A DNA stretch of 63,663 nt, filler included, from Bigelowiella natans CCMP2755 (GCA_000320545.1; 7 parts of 7 records of this genome joined end to end with filler, not necessarily neighbours in it), one strand, 5' to 3'. Positions 25,333 to 38,986 are shown, counted from the first letter of the whole stretch. Made by a program: numbers and translations. Notes: generated by a model not told the origin, from the sequence alone.

Positions 25333-26131
25333 ACCAAGTGCTGACTTGCCCTGAGGGGGGGCTGGTTCACCTCGTCATCAGATTTTGCACCCGGAATCGA
25401 GATGTCCCCTTTTTTCATTGCGACAAGGAAATTAGCATGTCACACCGACGAAAGTCCCTATACATTCTGAATGTGCTCTACATTCTGCTTTGCTCTGCGA
25501 CATGGCAAACCCACTGTCGTCGGTGTCAAATCCGCATGTAAAGATGTTTATGCGAACACCATGATCATCACTTTTTTAGCTGCGCACGCAGCTACACACA
25601 CGCATACATGCACGCTGTCTCCACAACTGAGCGGGCTAGCAAAGCTTGGCAACAGTTGCACAGCACGAACATGACCACACGCTAGCACGTTGCATGTGGC
25701 CGCCACGAAAACACTATTTCGCAATTTTTGCTACTGTCGATAGCAGGGAAATGAAATGTGGGGTGTGGCCCATGATGTGAGCGCCCAGGCTAGCAGGTTT
25801 CATGATGCCTAGGCAGTCCATGAAAAAAAGACACGTCATGTTGTCGCTGTTTCTAGATTGTGCAGTCAGTGTCACATCGTCTGCGCACACAGATGCTGTT
25901 GCTGTTGCGTGCACATTTGCAACATTGCACAATTTCAGAAATGTGCATCGCAGCACCACGTACATTCACTCATCTGAATGTTCTATAATGTTCAGCGGAA
26001 CGAATTGTAGAGAGATGGATTTTGCCTTCGTGCAACGTGGACATGACAGACATCAAACACACACACACACACAGCACACAGCACAATTGTCTATTTGTGA
26101 TGGGCTAAGGACTCCCCCTCCCTCCTTCTCT

Positions 26132-26177
<46 letters not shown>

Positions 26178-26294
26178 CATATGTACATATATGCATGCAT
26201 ATATACATGTAAACTCTCTGAGAAATTATAGAAATCAATAGTCATGTCTCCTTTGCGATGCCTATTCTTGCATTGCGACATTCTTGGACCAAGA

Positions 26295-27500
26295 CTAGCT
26301 TAAAGCGACCCATTCCAGGAGATGACAATCCTGAATTTTGTTACACATCACATGGTAAGAGTTGCACGCATGTGTGCACCCCACTAAAACCAAGCTGTTG
26401 ATGCAGACAGATTGCCTGCTGTAAGTGGCGTTGGGATACCTGTGATCATCTGATGCCTTTGCTTCCGCCACTGACTCAGCTAGCGCCCTCTCCCGCTTCC
26501 CCCGATATTCCGAGATCCTCTCGAATTTCTGCGTGTCGCCAGCCATTCGAAACCATTTCTGATGAAGGACGATATCGACGACGATGATGGCAATATTAGC
26601 TTGGATACAGCAACGGTACTGCTGTTGTTAATGTGCGCGAGACGCCACATATCTGTACTGACCGAGAGAAGTGTCAGGATCTCGATCTGCCCGTAGTCAT
26701 CCTTCATCTTTGCCGTCAGCAGCAGCCCAGATTGCAGCGCCTCCTTCGCTTTCTCCCATAGCTGCCCTCCCCCGGCCGAGCTTGTGTGGCTACTCATACA
26801 GCTTTCTCCTTCAAAAACATGATCACACACACACACACACACACACAGAACGCAACACACCACATTGCAAATGAGCGTGTATCTTCCTTGATGTCGTTGT
26901 CGGATTCCTGGCCATACACAAGCATCGCGTGTGGAACTGGTAATCATTATCCAAAATCGCGCCCAACACACCACCCCCGAACGGCTCCCACAGCAGTCGA
27001 AGAACAGCAGGAAATACCGAGCTTTCCGAGACACACAGCGATCGCTGGCTTGCTCTGGTTATCGTTCGCAATGCGAAGGGCGCGCCGAAGAAGGTCCTGC
27101 AAACCAGGGAAAGATATGAAGGGAGAAGCGAAGTCAAGAGCTATTTGTGTGGGGGAAAAGGGGGAGGGGGGGGGATATAGTGGCAGAGAAAACTCCATCA
27201 ATTTCTTGACCCGGCTTAGATTTAACGACAACGACGATAGAGCGATGGTAACAACCTGTGCACGATCATGTTGCTGTAGCATGTGACAGCACGCTCCTTG
27301 GACTAGCAGCGCATATGTCTTAAGATGGAGAAGGAGGAGGGGATTTAGTGATGATATACAGCCCACACTACGGACATTGAAAGGGTGGTGCAAAATGCAA
27401 GCAGGACACGCATTATACAACCCCCCCCCACCCCTTTTCTGCGACTATGTTCTTACGTTAACAAAAGGAACATTTTTAAACAATGATGATTCTCCTTGGT

Positions 27501-27542
<42 letters not shown>

Positions 27543-27650
27543 TGTTATCAGCAACTTGGATGATGGTATTCTGGGACTCCTTGGCCTCTTTTAGCACACT
27601 CGCAGCCTCATCAATAGCGCACGTGGGCATGTTTCTGTCGCCACTCTGTT

Positions 27651-27704
<54 letters not shown>

Positions 27705-28003
27705 TTTCAAATAAATATTGCGCGAGATCTCCCGAACTCACCCGTAATACAGTGCCCCACGCATGGCGCAAACGAAGAAGCAAGAGCAACCCTCTCGGCA
27801 GTCCCCCCCCCCTTTCTCCATTGTCGTTGTCGGCACTCCTGCCTCCTTCGTCGTCCGTATCTCCACCCGTCGCTCTCTTGGCCATATACGTGCTCATCAG
27901 CCCTGTGTAGTGGAGGTGTGCCTGACGCCATTCCCCCATGCGTTCGGCGTATCGGGCAACGAGGAGCCGTAGAAGGGCATGCTGTTGGCAGGTCGCGAAA
28001 GGC

Positions 28004-28034
<31 letters not shown>

Positions 28035-28210
28035 GTAATAACGGTGGTTCTGCGAATTGGGTAGCAGGTGCCGTGTCCCCCCCCTCCCCTTTCCTAGCCG
28101 CAGCAGCAGCAGCAGCAGCAGCCTCCTTTCTCATCAGCGACTCGATGAGATGGCGAAGGATCTTCACACACAACGGGAACTCGCACATAATCAGGTGCCC
28201 AATTGCTAGA
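26295..28210 (-). CDS. MAU2: MAU2/Scc4-like cohesin loader subunit (TPR), C-terminal exons; 5' part in or beyond gap
   Basis: LQDLLRRALRIANDNQSKPAIAVCLGKLG|HTS..AKEALQSGLLLTAKMKDDYGQIEILTLLS..GDTQKFERISEYRGKRERALAESVAEAKASDDH..LLEW. This parallels my recollection of the MAU2/SCC4 C-terminus (L..L..A..L..LG..L..A.K..D...Q......L...G..A....H); not database-checked. Confidence 0.65.
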
Positions 28211-28439
28211 GAGTAGAACGGGCAAGGGAGGAGAGAATTGGGGAGGGGGGGGGGGGGGGGCAAGCGAAAAAATTAGGGGCCCGGCCGAATTTCAATAGGG
28301 ATTGGTAAATTTGTTTGGTCAGGAGAAAAACCCCAACTTTCCAAAACCCATTCTCATTTTTTTAAAGGAATGGTTGGGGATTCCCCCCGGGTAAACATCG
28401 GGGGGGGGTGGGGGGGAGGAAGGAGAAAAACATTCGGTG

Positions 28440-28539
28440 NNNNNNNNNNNNNNNNNNNNNNNNNNNNNNNNNNNNNNNNNNNNTTAATTAATTAANNNNN
28501 NNNNNNNNNNNNNNNNNNNNNNNNNNNNNNNNNNNNNNN
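28440..28539. other. Assembly gap linker
   Basis: Identical 100-bp spacer. Confidence 0.98.
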
Positions 28540-28959
28540 ACACACCCACCCACAAAAAGGGGGATTTTTTGGGGGGGGGTGTAATCCAGGGGGACGCCTC
28601 CTTTTTACCCTTGACCCTCCCCTTTCCCGTCTTTAAACCGTTTTTGGGGGACCCCAACGGGGGCCGGAGGCTTTTTATATATATATATATATAAATATAA
28701 ATATATATTTTATAATTTAGGTGTGTTTTTGGGGGTCAACCAAGGGGCGGGTATGTGGACCCGAGGGGGAAAAAATCCTGGGCGAACGATTTTTTCTTTC
28801 CGTGAATCTTCCCGGTTTTTTTTTTTAATCCCTCCCTGAAAATGCGGAATGCGGGTGGGGGGGGGGGGGGGGGGGTAAAGCAAATATTCAAGTGAGGATA
28901 CGCACACGTGCATACGCACACACACACACACACACACATGCATGCATTCACAATCTCTT

Positions 28960-29091
28960 CCCTTACCATCTTCCCTCTAGGAAAGAGGTGCCTTCTTCCT
29001 GGGACCTACGGAGGAAGAAAGGGGGGAGGGAAGGGGGGGGGGTTAAACGAAGACCTTCGCACCGCAGGAGAGGCATCATCGGTATATAAAT

Positions 29092-29163
<72 letters not shown>

Positions 29164-29279
29164 TTAAATGTGTATGGGTGGGGGTGTGTGTGTGGGTGTC
29201 AGCTGACTTTACTCAAACATACCTATTGACTAAATCAGCGATACGTTTCGCTTCGAGGCCCTGGGGCTTTTGGGGGGGA

Positions 29280-29320
<41 letters not shown>

Positions 29321-29812
29321 CACACACAGGTAAACTTTCGTAAAAAAGGACGAACAATTGCGCAACAGCGGCAACCCCAGCGATATGATAAATAGCCCAG
29401 GGAGAATCATCATCCTGCCATCATCCTCAGTGATTTAAGATGTACTTCCCCCCCCCCCCCCAAAGTTTTGTAGGAAATACTGTGCTTTGCATATTAGCTC
29501 AAGAAATCGAAGGATATAGTGTAGTCGCCGGGCTATTTTCCTTTACTTCTTCTTCTTCTTCTTCTTCTCCTTCTTCCTCCCTCCCTCCCCCCCTCTCTCT
29601 GGTTTTGCTATTGTTATATCGTGGTTCCTGTCTTTGCTTCTCTTCTTCTGTTTGCCATAATTGGTAACTAATGAATTACAATCAGCCTCTCCCGGACGGT
29701 GCTCGTCGTCGCAGCAAGGCACGCCACCAGCTCTGATCGAGGGTATAATAATGACGATGCGTCCATAAAAGAACATACGCGTGTGCAAATAATTATACAC
29801 ATATATATATCA

Positions 29813-29859
<47 letters not shown>

Positions 29860-30755
29860 GTAATATGGATTTAAATATTTATATAATATGAATTTAAATA
29901 TTTATATAAAATGCGTTCTCAGCATATTCATTCCTGGCATCAACATCGCACATCCAAGCCTCCCCTCCCTCCCCCCCCCCCCCCCGCCCCCCCCTCCTGC
30001 TCCCTCCTCACCCTTCAGGGCTGTCATGCACATGCGTGCTTCATTAGGGTCTTGTCGCCCGGCTTTTGGGACAATTGCAGTCGCATTATTGTCTTCGTCG
30101 TCATCGTCGTCATCATCCGCGTAAATCGCGCAATTTAGCAGCTGACATTGTAGAGAATGCAGAGATAAGCGTGGATTAATGGAGGCGTTCGTGTGCCCGG
30201 TGCGGGAGGGGGCAAGGGGATGTACAACGGCAAGATGCCTATGCTGTTCTGCGTGCGTGCTATTTCTGTTCTTTACCAGCACGAGTGCCTTATCAGCCTG
30301 CAGCTGCTCCTTCATAAGATCTGCATCGCCCTCAAGGTGTCTTCGAGTCTCAATCTGATCACATCGAAGAAGTAGCGGCAGTAGTAGCAATAGTAGCAGC
30401 AGCAGCAGCAGTAGCAGTAGTAGTAGTAATGGTAGTAGTTGACGTAGCAAAATTGTAAGTGAATCGCCGCTTTCTGTGCGAATCGATGGGAGACTCACGA
30501 GCGTCATCGTGTTAGAGGCTATTCCTTACTTGTTTGGCCTCGTCGTTCATCTTCGCCAGGACGTCCTTGAGAGCAACGCTGTGGTTTTGCAGATGCGCCG
30601 CCCACCCCCCCCAGTGTAGGATGGCTGGTGTCACGACGATCGCGGTCAGGGTATGGGACAACGATGGTGATGATCATGGTGATGATGATTAAGAGTGTCA
30701 ATGCTGGTGAAGAATCTTATGGCTTATTCATATATGCTACTACAACCGTTTCCCT

Positions 30756-30808
<53 letters not shown>

Positions 30809-30810
30809 CT

Positions 30811-30851
<41 letters not shown>

Positions 30852-31513
30852 GCGCGCGCGCGTTTTGTAGACATTCGTTGAGCACAGCCACCTTTCTGCA
30901 GCGAAGCTTCAATGTCCCTGCCTGCAAGAAGCACGTAGGCAGCAGCAGTACAACAGCCAACACGCAGCGGCATTCACATCCCGTCAGCGCACACAATTTA
31001 CACCGCGAGCATCACAGCACACGCCGCAGGGCACGCGTACGCGCGCGTGCATTACGAGAGCATATCCCTCTACCTGATGCTTGGTTGGCGGGCCTTTGGG
31101 ATCGTCGTTACAGCCCGGTATATAACATCATCGAGAGTGCGAACACAGACATTCATGAGTTAGTAGTCTCATCCTTCCACCAAACTCAAGATTAACCGAT
31201 GTCGAGATGCACAAGGGAGAATATATATAAGAGGGGGGGGGGCTGGGGTAGGAGCAATCTGGCTGTAAACCCCCCATTCAAGAGCCAGCGTCAGCGCATA
31301 GTAAGTAGCGGCATTGCTTACGTGTTTCGTTCCCATTCTTTCAAGCGACGATGAACCAGCTCTACTTCGCGCACAAGTTGCCTCTTTGCGACCTCCAGCG
31401 TTCTGTCATCATCATGGAGGGGAGGGGGGGGGAGGAGAGCAGGCTTTGCAACTGTAGTAGTAGTAGTAGTAGTAGTAGTAGTACATTTGCTGCGCAAGGT
31501 TGCAAATGCATCT

Positions 31514-31555
<42 letters not shown>

Positions 31556-31817
31556 AATATATATTATTATTATTATAAAGTAGATAGGGTGCATCGTAAG
31601 GGGTTCTGTTTTCTCTTCGTCCACAACCTCCCGTGCTCTGCAAGCTTGAGTGCATATGTTTCAGCCCCTGTTCGATTCTCATCCATGAAGTCGTTTATCG
31701 AGGCCTCGGAGCGTAAGCTGGTTGATGGAAGGAGGGGGGGGAAGGAGGAGTCCGTGGTTGTCACACTGTAGGTGTTTGTGCATTTTCATATGTGTGTTTG
31801 TATGTGCGTGTGTGTGC

Positions 31818-31849
<32 letters not shown>

Positions 31850-31856
31850 TGCTAAC

Positions 31857-31892
<36 letters not shown>

Positions 31893-32070
31893 ATTACGTT
31901 TACATGCAAATATCAACATCTAAAGCCTCTTACACCCACTTGCTAGACCACGTCGCCTTCTTAGAGTCGCCCCCCCCCCCTTTCAGTTGCCTTCGTGGTG
32001 ACTTTCTCGCTGTGAATGAGAACCCGGACGATGACGTTGTCGTCTGGCGAAAGGTGCGCGTAGTCTACCA
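28960..32070 (-). CDS. Uncharacterised multi-exon helical/coiled-coil protein (may be one or two genes, or the MAU2 N-terminus)
   Basis: AG/GT-bounded exons between microsatellites: DYAHLSPDDNVIVRVLIHSEKVTTK; SLRSEASINDFMDENRTGAETYALKLAEHG|RTLEVAKRQLVREVELVHRRLKRMGTKH; QIETRRHLEGDADLMKEQLQADKAL. Confidence 0.45.
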
Positions 32071-32902
32071 ATATACGTTCAAACTCATTACAACTCGCGC
32101 CAAGAATGCATTAGGTATAAGTATTTCTCAATATTTTTTGTATTTAACGTTCTGGCCGCCTCCGGAAGCATGTCCTCTCCGGGGGTGTTGTTGGGGGGGG
32201 AGGGGAGGGGGGGGGGGGGGAAAACAAGGGGGTTGGGGCCCCCGGACACTGGGCGTTTTTTTTTCCTTAAATGTGGAAAAACCTCTAAAAAATCCTCCCC
32301 GGGGGGAAATAAAGGGTCGAACGGGGGGCGGCTCGTTTGCATTTAATCCCCCCCCCCCCCCCATATCTATCTTAGCTGTAAAAAAACTGTCTGGAGAAGG
32401 GCTCCCAACGAACGGGGAGGGCGGTGGAGGAGGGCGGGACGAAAGGAAAATCTCGATACTACTCCAGTTTTCGGCACTACGCCGTATATACCGCGGCCGG
32501 GTTCAAGTCCAGAAAGACAGCGCTGTTGTTTGCCTTCGTGGGGGTGGGCGCCGTTGGACCCGTTGCCTGATTTTTGTCCAAAAGAATTGAAGAAAAACGC
32601 TGGGATTTCTACCGATTTCCAGCCTATTTTAGCTTGACGCAGAAGCAAAACAGATGGCGATTCTCATACATATCGAGTGTTCTCTTCGCCTTGTCGCGAG
32701 GTGAAACCGCAGTCTAAATGCTTAATTGCGACATAAGATTTCCATGCCACGTGCCCAAATGCCGGGCTGAGAAATGGCTGCCGGCATCTTCTTCCGAACC
32801 TGAGGCGGCCCGAGCGAGCGTTCTGCTGGGCCTGGCACGACCGGCTGCTTCTCGAAGGTGACGGCGCAACAGCTAAGGGCTTCAAAGCCCGTGATATGCA
32901 TC

Positions 32903-33314
32903 ATGGCGTGTGCCGTCGCGCTTCTGGCAGGTTTCTCAGGTCATAATGCGGACAGCAGAGCAGTTCTCCTTCCTCGTGAGGGGGTTGGGAGGGCTTGGCG
33001 CCCATCCGTTTCCGGCAGATCTTACGCGGATTCAGGGGCTACAGTGGTGTCAGAAAGATGGACTCGAGCAAGCGTGTGCTGCAGACTTCGCGGCGGCAAA
33101 TGGGAGGCAATAGACGACCTCGGCGTCTTTGGGGACTACAACATGACATTGCCATCGTACGACGAGATCGCCAACGAGATTAAAGATTACTACCTCCGAA
33201 AGGCTCAGGGAAAACTACGGCCCGACGAAATGGACGATTGTGAGGAGGAACGGGTGCGCGATCTTGTCTCAACCACTCCCCCCCCCCTCCCTCTTATTCT
33301 GCAAACCATCCTAG

Positions 33315-33353
<39 letters not shown>

Positions 33354-33756
33354 AGATTTCGGATGAAGGCAAATTGATGCTGTGCAATATCCCGCAAGGA
33401 GTCGATGACTCCATGGTCGAGGGGGAGCTGCGCCGGTGACACACACACACACACACACGCACACACGCACGCACGCACGCACGCACGCAAGAACATCAGG
33501 AATTCAAAGGCGCCCAAGACAATGGAAGAATGCCTTTGCACGCCTTTTGAAAAAAAATAACTATTCATCTCTCTCTCTCTCTCTCTCTCTCTCCCTCTCT
33601 CTCCTTTCTAACCAGAGAGAGGATGTACGTCTTGTTTTCGTATCTTGCTTCTTCTTCTTCTTCTTCTTCTTCTTCTTCTTCTTCTTCACCGTACCAAGGA
33701 AAAGGGGTGCGATGATTAAGGAGGGACAAAATACCATGATGCTGTCGTAGTGTTTG

Positions 33757-33796
<40 letters not shown>

Positions 33797-34200
33797 TTAG
33801 ATTTGGCAATATTCGTGACTTTCACTCCGATAAACACGCACGTAATGGGATCCTCACTGGAAATGGGTATTCCCTCGTTTTTGATCTCCCCCCACCCATA
33901 TTTCTCATTCTTTGACTGTGAGAGAGAGATGGAGAGAGAGAGGGAGAGAGAGAGAGAGAGAGAGAGAATAGGGAGAGAGTGTGTGTATGTGTTTCAAGTC
34001 ATTTGGATATAAAATTCGGTCTCATCACCAGCGTCGCACCAGCTTTTGCGTACGCACAGATACAGTACAATCATCATTTCTCACTATCATCAAGCCACCA
34101 TCACAATCATTCGCCGTTGTTTGCCTTGCCCCCCACCAGCTACTTCGTGATCGCCAAATACCCGAATTACACCGAGGCGGAGCGCGCGCGAGAGAAAGTA

Positions 34201-34241
<41 letters not shown>

Positions 34242-35173
34242 GTATCGTGTTTGGCATCGTTTTAATTCCAGGCTCTCTCCGTGCAAAGACCTTCGTTCTT
34301 GCTGTCCAATAACTGTTCTGATGTTGCATTGCAGCGTTTATCTGTTTCTTTCACATTCTTCTATCTTACTAACCCCCCCCCCCCGCGCCTCCTCCTCCTC
34401 CTCCTCCTCCTCCTCCTTCCTCTCCCTTCCCCCCTCATTTTCTCTTCGTATGTCCTCGATGGTTTCTAGACTAAACAGTTGACGTGGGTGAGAGATAACT
34501 CAATATCCGTGGTGCTCGCTCGCTCCCCGCGCGACAAGGAGATGGACGACTACCGTGCGGCGGGGGGGTGGGACTCCTCGGAGCATGTTTATGACGCGTA
34601 CTTTCGGCGCGACACCGGGAACAACCCGCTTGTATCCGAGGGAATGAGGACAATATGGAAGAAACCGAGAAAACGGCGAGAGGCCTCCCGGGAGCAGAAG
34701 GAGAGGAGAGCCAAGGGTCGTGTTGTTGTGTTTCGTGTAGTGATTCGATAGGATGATTATTACTCTGCGATGGTGATGGTGATGGTGATGGTGATGATTA
34801 TGATGATAACGATAATGGCGATGGTGATTGTATTGATGGCGAAGATGATGATGATGACGGTGACGAGGACGATGGTGATGGGAGATGTTATCACTCATGT
34901 GCTACGGCGATTGCCACCTCTCTTTCAGGGCATGTGCACATGGATCATTTGGCGGACTTCGAGCAGGATAAGCTGAAGAAGCTCATCCGGCAGTTTCCAG
35001 ACGTTGCCTTCCCGGATAACTGGTGTGAGGACGATAACGGATGGACCCTGTCAGTATTATCAGATTTGCTAACTTTTAAATTTTGTTTTTCAATTTTTCA
35101 AGTAAAAAAGTGTGTGAGCTAGCATTTGCATTTATACAGTTATATCCATGTGTGCATAAATATAATATAATAG

Positions 35174-35213
<40 letters not shown>

Positions 35214-35241
35214 ATGTGTGCATAAATATAATATAATAGAA

Positions 35242-35272
<31 letters not shown>

Positions 35273-36001
35273 CATTTTATACATGCAACGATCCTGCGCG
35301 TGGACACAGATACGTCGGCCGAGTCCCCTTGGATGTGACAGGGTCAGAGCTTGAAGGCGTCTTCGAGAAGTTTGGGCGGCTATCCAACCTTCGCATCGGC
35401 AAATCGTGGGAGAATGCTCCGAAACAGTAATGCCAGTGCTACGCACACAAGAGAGGGAGAGGGGGCACATCTCGTTCACTATTATTGTGCATTGTGGAAT
35501 AATGTGTATGCGAATAAGAAAGAGAGGGAGATCCAAATGCCACCCTTAACCTCAGTGGTTTGTGTGCATACATAGCACAGTTTTTATCTGTAGCAACTGA
35601 CAACACCGTACCGCCCCCGCCCCTCTTTCACGCGCAGGTTCGGTTTCGTATCGTACAAAACCGCCGAGGGAGCCTCACGAGCCATCAGTGAGATAGGAAG
35701 CGACACGTTCCGACTCCGCGAGGACCAGGCCCCGCTCGACATCAAATTCGCGCAACGGTTGTCGTCGAATCAAAACGAGCGAGCGCCATTGCGAAATGGC
35801 AATGGCGCGATAAGAAGAGCTGACGCTCGAAGGCGAAGCCACAGCGAAGATGCTGATGGATTTTGTCCTGAGAGGCTGTCGCGTCGCTGGCAAAAACCAT
35901 CGGCGTTTTTCCGCAATATTCGCCATTCGGACCGACTGTCTGAACACCCCGACCCTCTGTCTTACTCTCCATGATGATGCAGCATATGTTCTACAACGCG
36001 G

Positions 36002-36037
<36 letters not shown>

Positions 36038-36237
36038 CGATTTCCCTCCCTACTTTCAGGTACATGCGCCGCCGCCGTTACACGGGAAGCTACCAGGAAA
36101 ACGGCGACAACGAAGTAGAGGAAATCATGGCTGAGAAGCGAAAGCGGGCCGAAGCTTCACTGCGCGCACAAGCCAGAAAACGAACGGAGGAGATCGCGAG
36201 GGAGAAACGATTTCGTGCAGCACTGCACGGCGTTTGA
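32903..36237 (+). CDS. Two-RRM RNA-binding protein with bipartite (signal + transit-like) leader ending in RLRGG
   Basis: RRM1 GKLMLCNIPQGVDDSMVEGELRR..YFVIAKYPNYTEAERAREK..ISVVLA; RRM2 LYVGRVPLDVTGSELEGVFEKFG..FGFVSYKTAEGASRAI..PLDIKFA; basic tail ending RAALHGV* at 36237. Confidence 0.82.
35141..35268 (+). repeat. Intronic tandem duplication of a ~65-bp unit (TATATCCATGTGTGCATAAATATAATATAATAGAA+(AT)n)
   Basis: Two identical copies that differ only in (AT)n length. Confidence 0.85.
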
Positions 36238-37162
36238 TCTATCAGCCATTATCAAGCCACGACCACTCGCTAGACTATAGTTAAGACTCGTGCTTTTGCA
36301 CCACTTACTGCGCGCTTTGTCGATGCGGTGCATTGTGTACGACAGATATGAGAACATAGATATGCGCACTGCTGCTGCGTACATATACTAGCACGGTTCT
36401 GCTGATGGGAGTATTAGAAACGCCGCAGATTCCTCATCGCACATGTTCGAGACAGCATGCGCTTGTACATCGATCATTGACTGTGTGTGATGTGTATAAG
36501 TCACACGTTGACTACGCGTATTACAGGCAGACCGGCGCATGCTAGCGTGATATGCCGCAGTAATGTGAAATATAGCATATGCTAAATAGTGCCGCCAGCT
36601 TTATTAGGATACATATTTGTACGTGCATGAGCAATTCGTAGCATGTATGGACGTAGGCAAACGCCGCTCCGGGCGCGAGCATGCGGGCCATCCGTGTAAA
36701 CTTCAAAAGCTACCGTACGATCCGTCACATAATAAAACTTGCGACGGCACGATGCAGCATATAGTACACGTGCGATATGCGCATTCTGTCTGTGTTCGTG
36801 ATCAGTTTAATTGCTTGGCAATGTCAATCGTTGAGTCGATCGTGTGAATGTGCGGATGGTACGCGTTGACCCTTAAGACGCACAAACAGCCCCGCTTATG
36901 TCTTACGTAGACGCATGCTAGGTAGGATTGTAATAAAATCTGGGTGTTTCTTTTGCTGGAAATAGTAAGTGTAAGTGTCTAGATTTATCTCTACTGGCCA
37001 CCAGGGACTGCGAATTCAAAAGCAGCAGTGCATCTTCGTACGACAGCATTTCGTCGTAGTGGCTCGATTGCCATATGACGCAATCCGGTAATCCTCGCTG
37101 CAATCTCCAGGTTCAAGAAGCTGCTAAATCGTTGCTGGTTGGTGCTAGGGTGCTCTCAAGAA

Positions 37163-37339
37163 TCACTTCTTTTTCGCTTCTTTCGCGTTCTTTATGCATT
37201 TCCTGTACGCATCCTTCTCTGTCGTGCATTCGCCTTCCACCTCGGAGAGGCCTTTCTTCATCCCGTTGACGCACTTTAGATACTTTTCGTAGAAAGCATC
37301 ACAACCATCTTCTGGCTGCCTGGAAGAGCTGGCACCCAT
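37163..37339 (-). CDS. 58-aa twin-CX9C (CHCH) microprotein with N-myristoylation-type start
   Basis: Intronless ORF MGASSSRQPEDGCDAFYEKYLKCVNGMKKGLSEVEGECTTEKDAYRKCIKNAKEAKKK*, with two exact CX9C motifs. It is below the 60-aa ORF-track cutoff. Confidence 0.85.
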   Translation of the reverse strand: MGASSSRQPEDGCDAFYEKYLKCVNGMKKGLSEVEGECTTEKDAYRKCIKNAKEAKKK

Positions 37340-37935
37340 CTCGGTGTGGTAGTTTCAGCTGCCCTTCTGTGGTGAAGAATGAGCCGAAATGTAGGATCGT
37401 TTTGGATCTTAATTTGAACCGATAATATCTGTATATTCAGTCCAATTTACAATATTTTCTGATTCATAACCGGATACCCGATTGGATACAGAAGCGCTCT
37501 GCCGACAGAAGTTCTAAGCTTTAATTCGAGTCTAAATTATGTGATAGGGCTCATCGGCCATTATCCCCCAGCGACCAGACGACTAGACCCAATGTTCATT
37601 GTCGCACATGATATATCCAAGGGCATTTAGTAGCAAATATTAGGAAATATTTTATCGTCGAAATATCGGATAAAGCGGGTAATTAAATCTAGCCGCCCCC
37701 CACGAGCCACAGGCCACAGCGTTCCGAATGCTGCGACCACGTCGCCCCTCCCTCCCCCCCGTTTCGCTGGTCATCCTCTCCATCCTTTCATCCTCGTCGT
37801 GCGGGCACAGCAGGCGTGTAGCCAACCGCAGGGCCGCCCTTCGGTCGATATCCCTTCTTGGTAAGAAGAAAGAATAGCGTCCAACAACCTCCGGCGGAGT
37901 ATTCCATCAACGCCTTTTCCCTCAATGTAGGAGCG

Positions 37936-38640
37936 ATGGGCGGGCTGCGGAATCCCCCCTCTTCAGCATATACTGGCAGGCTGGCCGAGCTGTCGCGAGC
38001 GCCAGCAGGCAGCAGGACGAAAGACTACGCAGGGTATGGAGAGGACGGAGAGGTACAGCAGGCGCTCCAACTGATTCGTGAATTGAGGTGCGTTCTTGCG
38101 GCGTGTATGTGTGTGGACGAAGGGGGGGAAGGGGGGGGGGGGGGGGGAGGGATTATTGCTTGCAGCAGGTCAGTGAATGTGTAGGTCAGTGGCACGATAT
38201 ACCTACTGCTTACTTCTCTCCTAGTTATTGGAAAGGGTAGGGAAAAAGGGGTGGGTCGACGAATGGGCGGGTTGCGAGAACCCGCATCAGCGTTACGTAC
38301 AGTGTGTGAAACAACTGCAGGCCTGGGGCAACACTCAACGACGCCGACGAGGCTGTTGCGCGAGCTGTCAGCACCCTTGTCGAAACAGGTCAGGCTACCA
38401 GCGGTTTGGCGTGTTCGTCGCAATTCCATTCGATGGGAACATTCAGTGTGAGCTAGACCAACGCTTTCCCCCCGCCATGATGATCGCATGTAAGACCTCT
38501 ATTGACATCCTCATCATCAATCAATCGTCGCCACCGTCGTTGTCGGTTGCCATCGTACACTCATCAGGCCAGAGCGCCTCCCTGGCACTGCAGGAGGGCG
38601 GCCTTGGTAACTTCCGAAATATCCTATCCCCGTGAGCATT
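37936..38640 (+). other. Possible small spliced gene of unknown function
   Basis: GC-rich ORF MGGLRNPPSSAYTGRLAELSRAP..QLIREL ends at a GT donor and lies divergent from the CX9C gene; downstream frame not resolved. Confidence 0.3.
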
Positions 38641-38986
38641 CGCATTGGCATTCGCAGTTGCTTTGCGCCGCTACACCCCCTGCTCACTGTGACTCTTTTG
38701 CCAACCGAAAGGCCGATGGGAGGGGTCTTGGCGTGTTGTCTACGCTCCGCACATACGCACGCTGTCTGCCTCCCTTCTCGGAACGACGTTCGACGTCACC
38801 TACGACATCGACGGGCAGGGGGCAATCGAGTCAAACGTTCGGTACTCTAACCCAGTGCTAGGCAGTGGTTGGCTCAGCAGGTGATATTCAGTCTCCACAA
38901 TGGGGATGGTGTGGCAGTAGCGGCGTGAGAGACGCGGCGCTTGTTTGAATAATCAATGGCAGTTTAGCAGTGCCGTGTGGTACGTG

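Noticed and set aside
28240-28900. Dense G/C/A/T homopolymers suggesting G-quadruplex elements (also 32150-32440, 60030-60200)
   Set aside because: Pattern is typical of low-quality read ends near gaps or after microsatellites; the ALS exon near 60110-60150 appears degraded there.
32774-32803. In-frame upstream ATG..TGA before the RRM gene (possible stop readthrough or selenocysteine)
   Set aside because: No SECIS or other recoding evidence, and other genes use TGA as stop. A uORF or base error is simpler.
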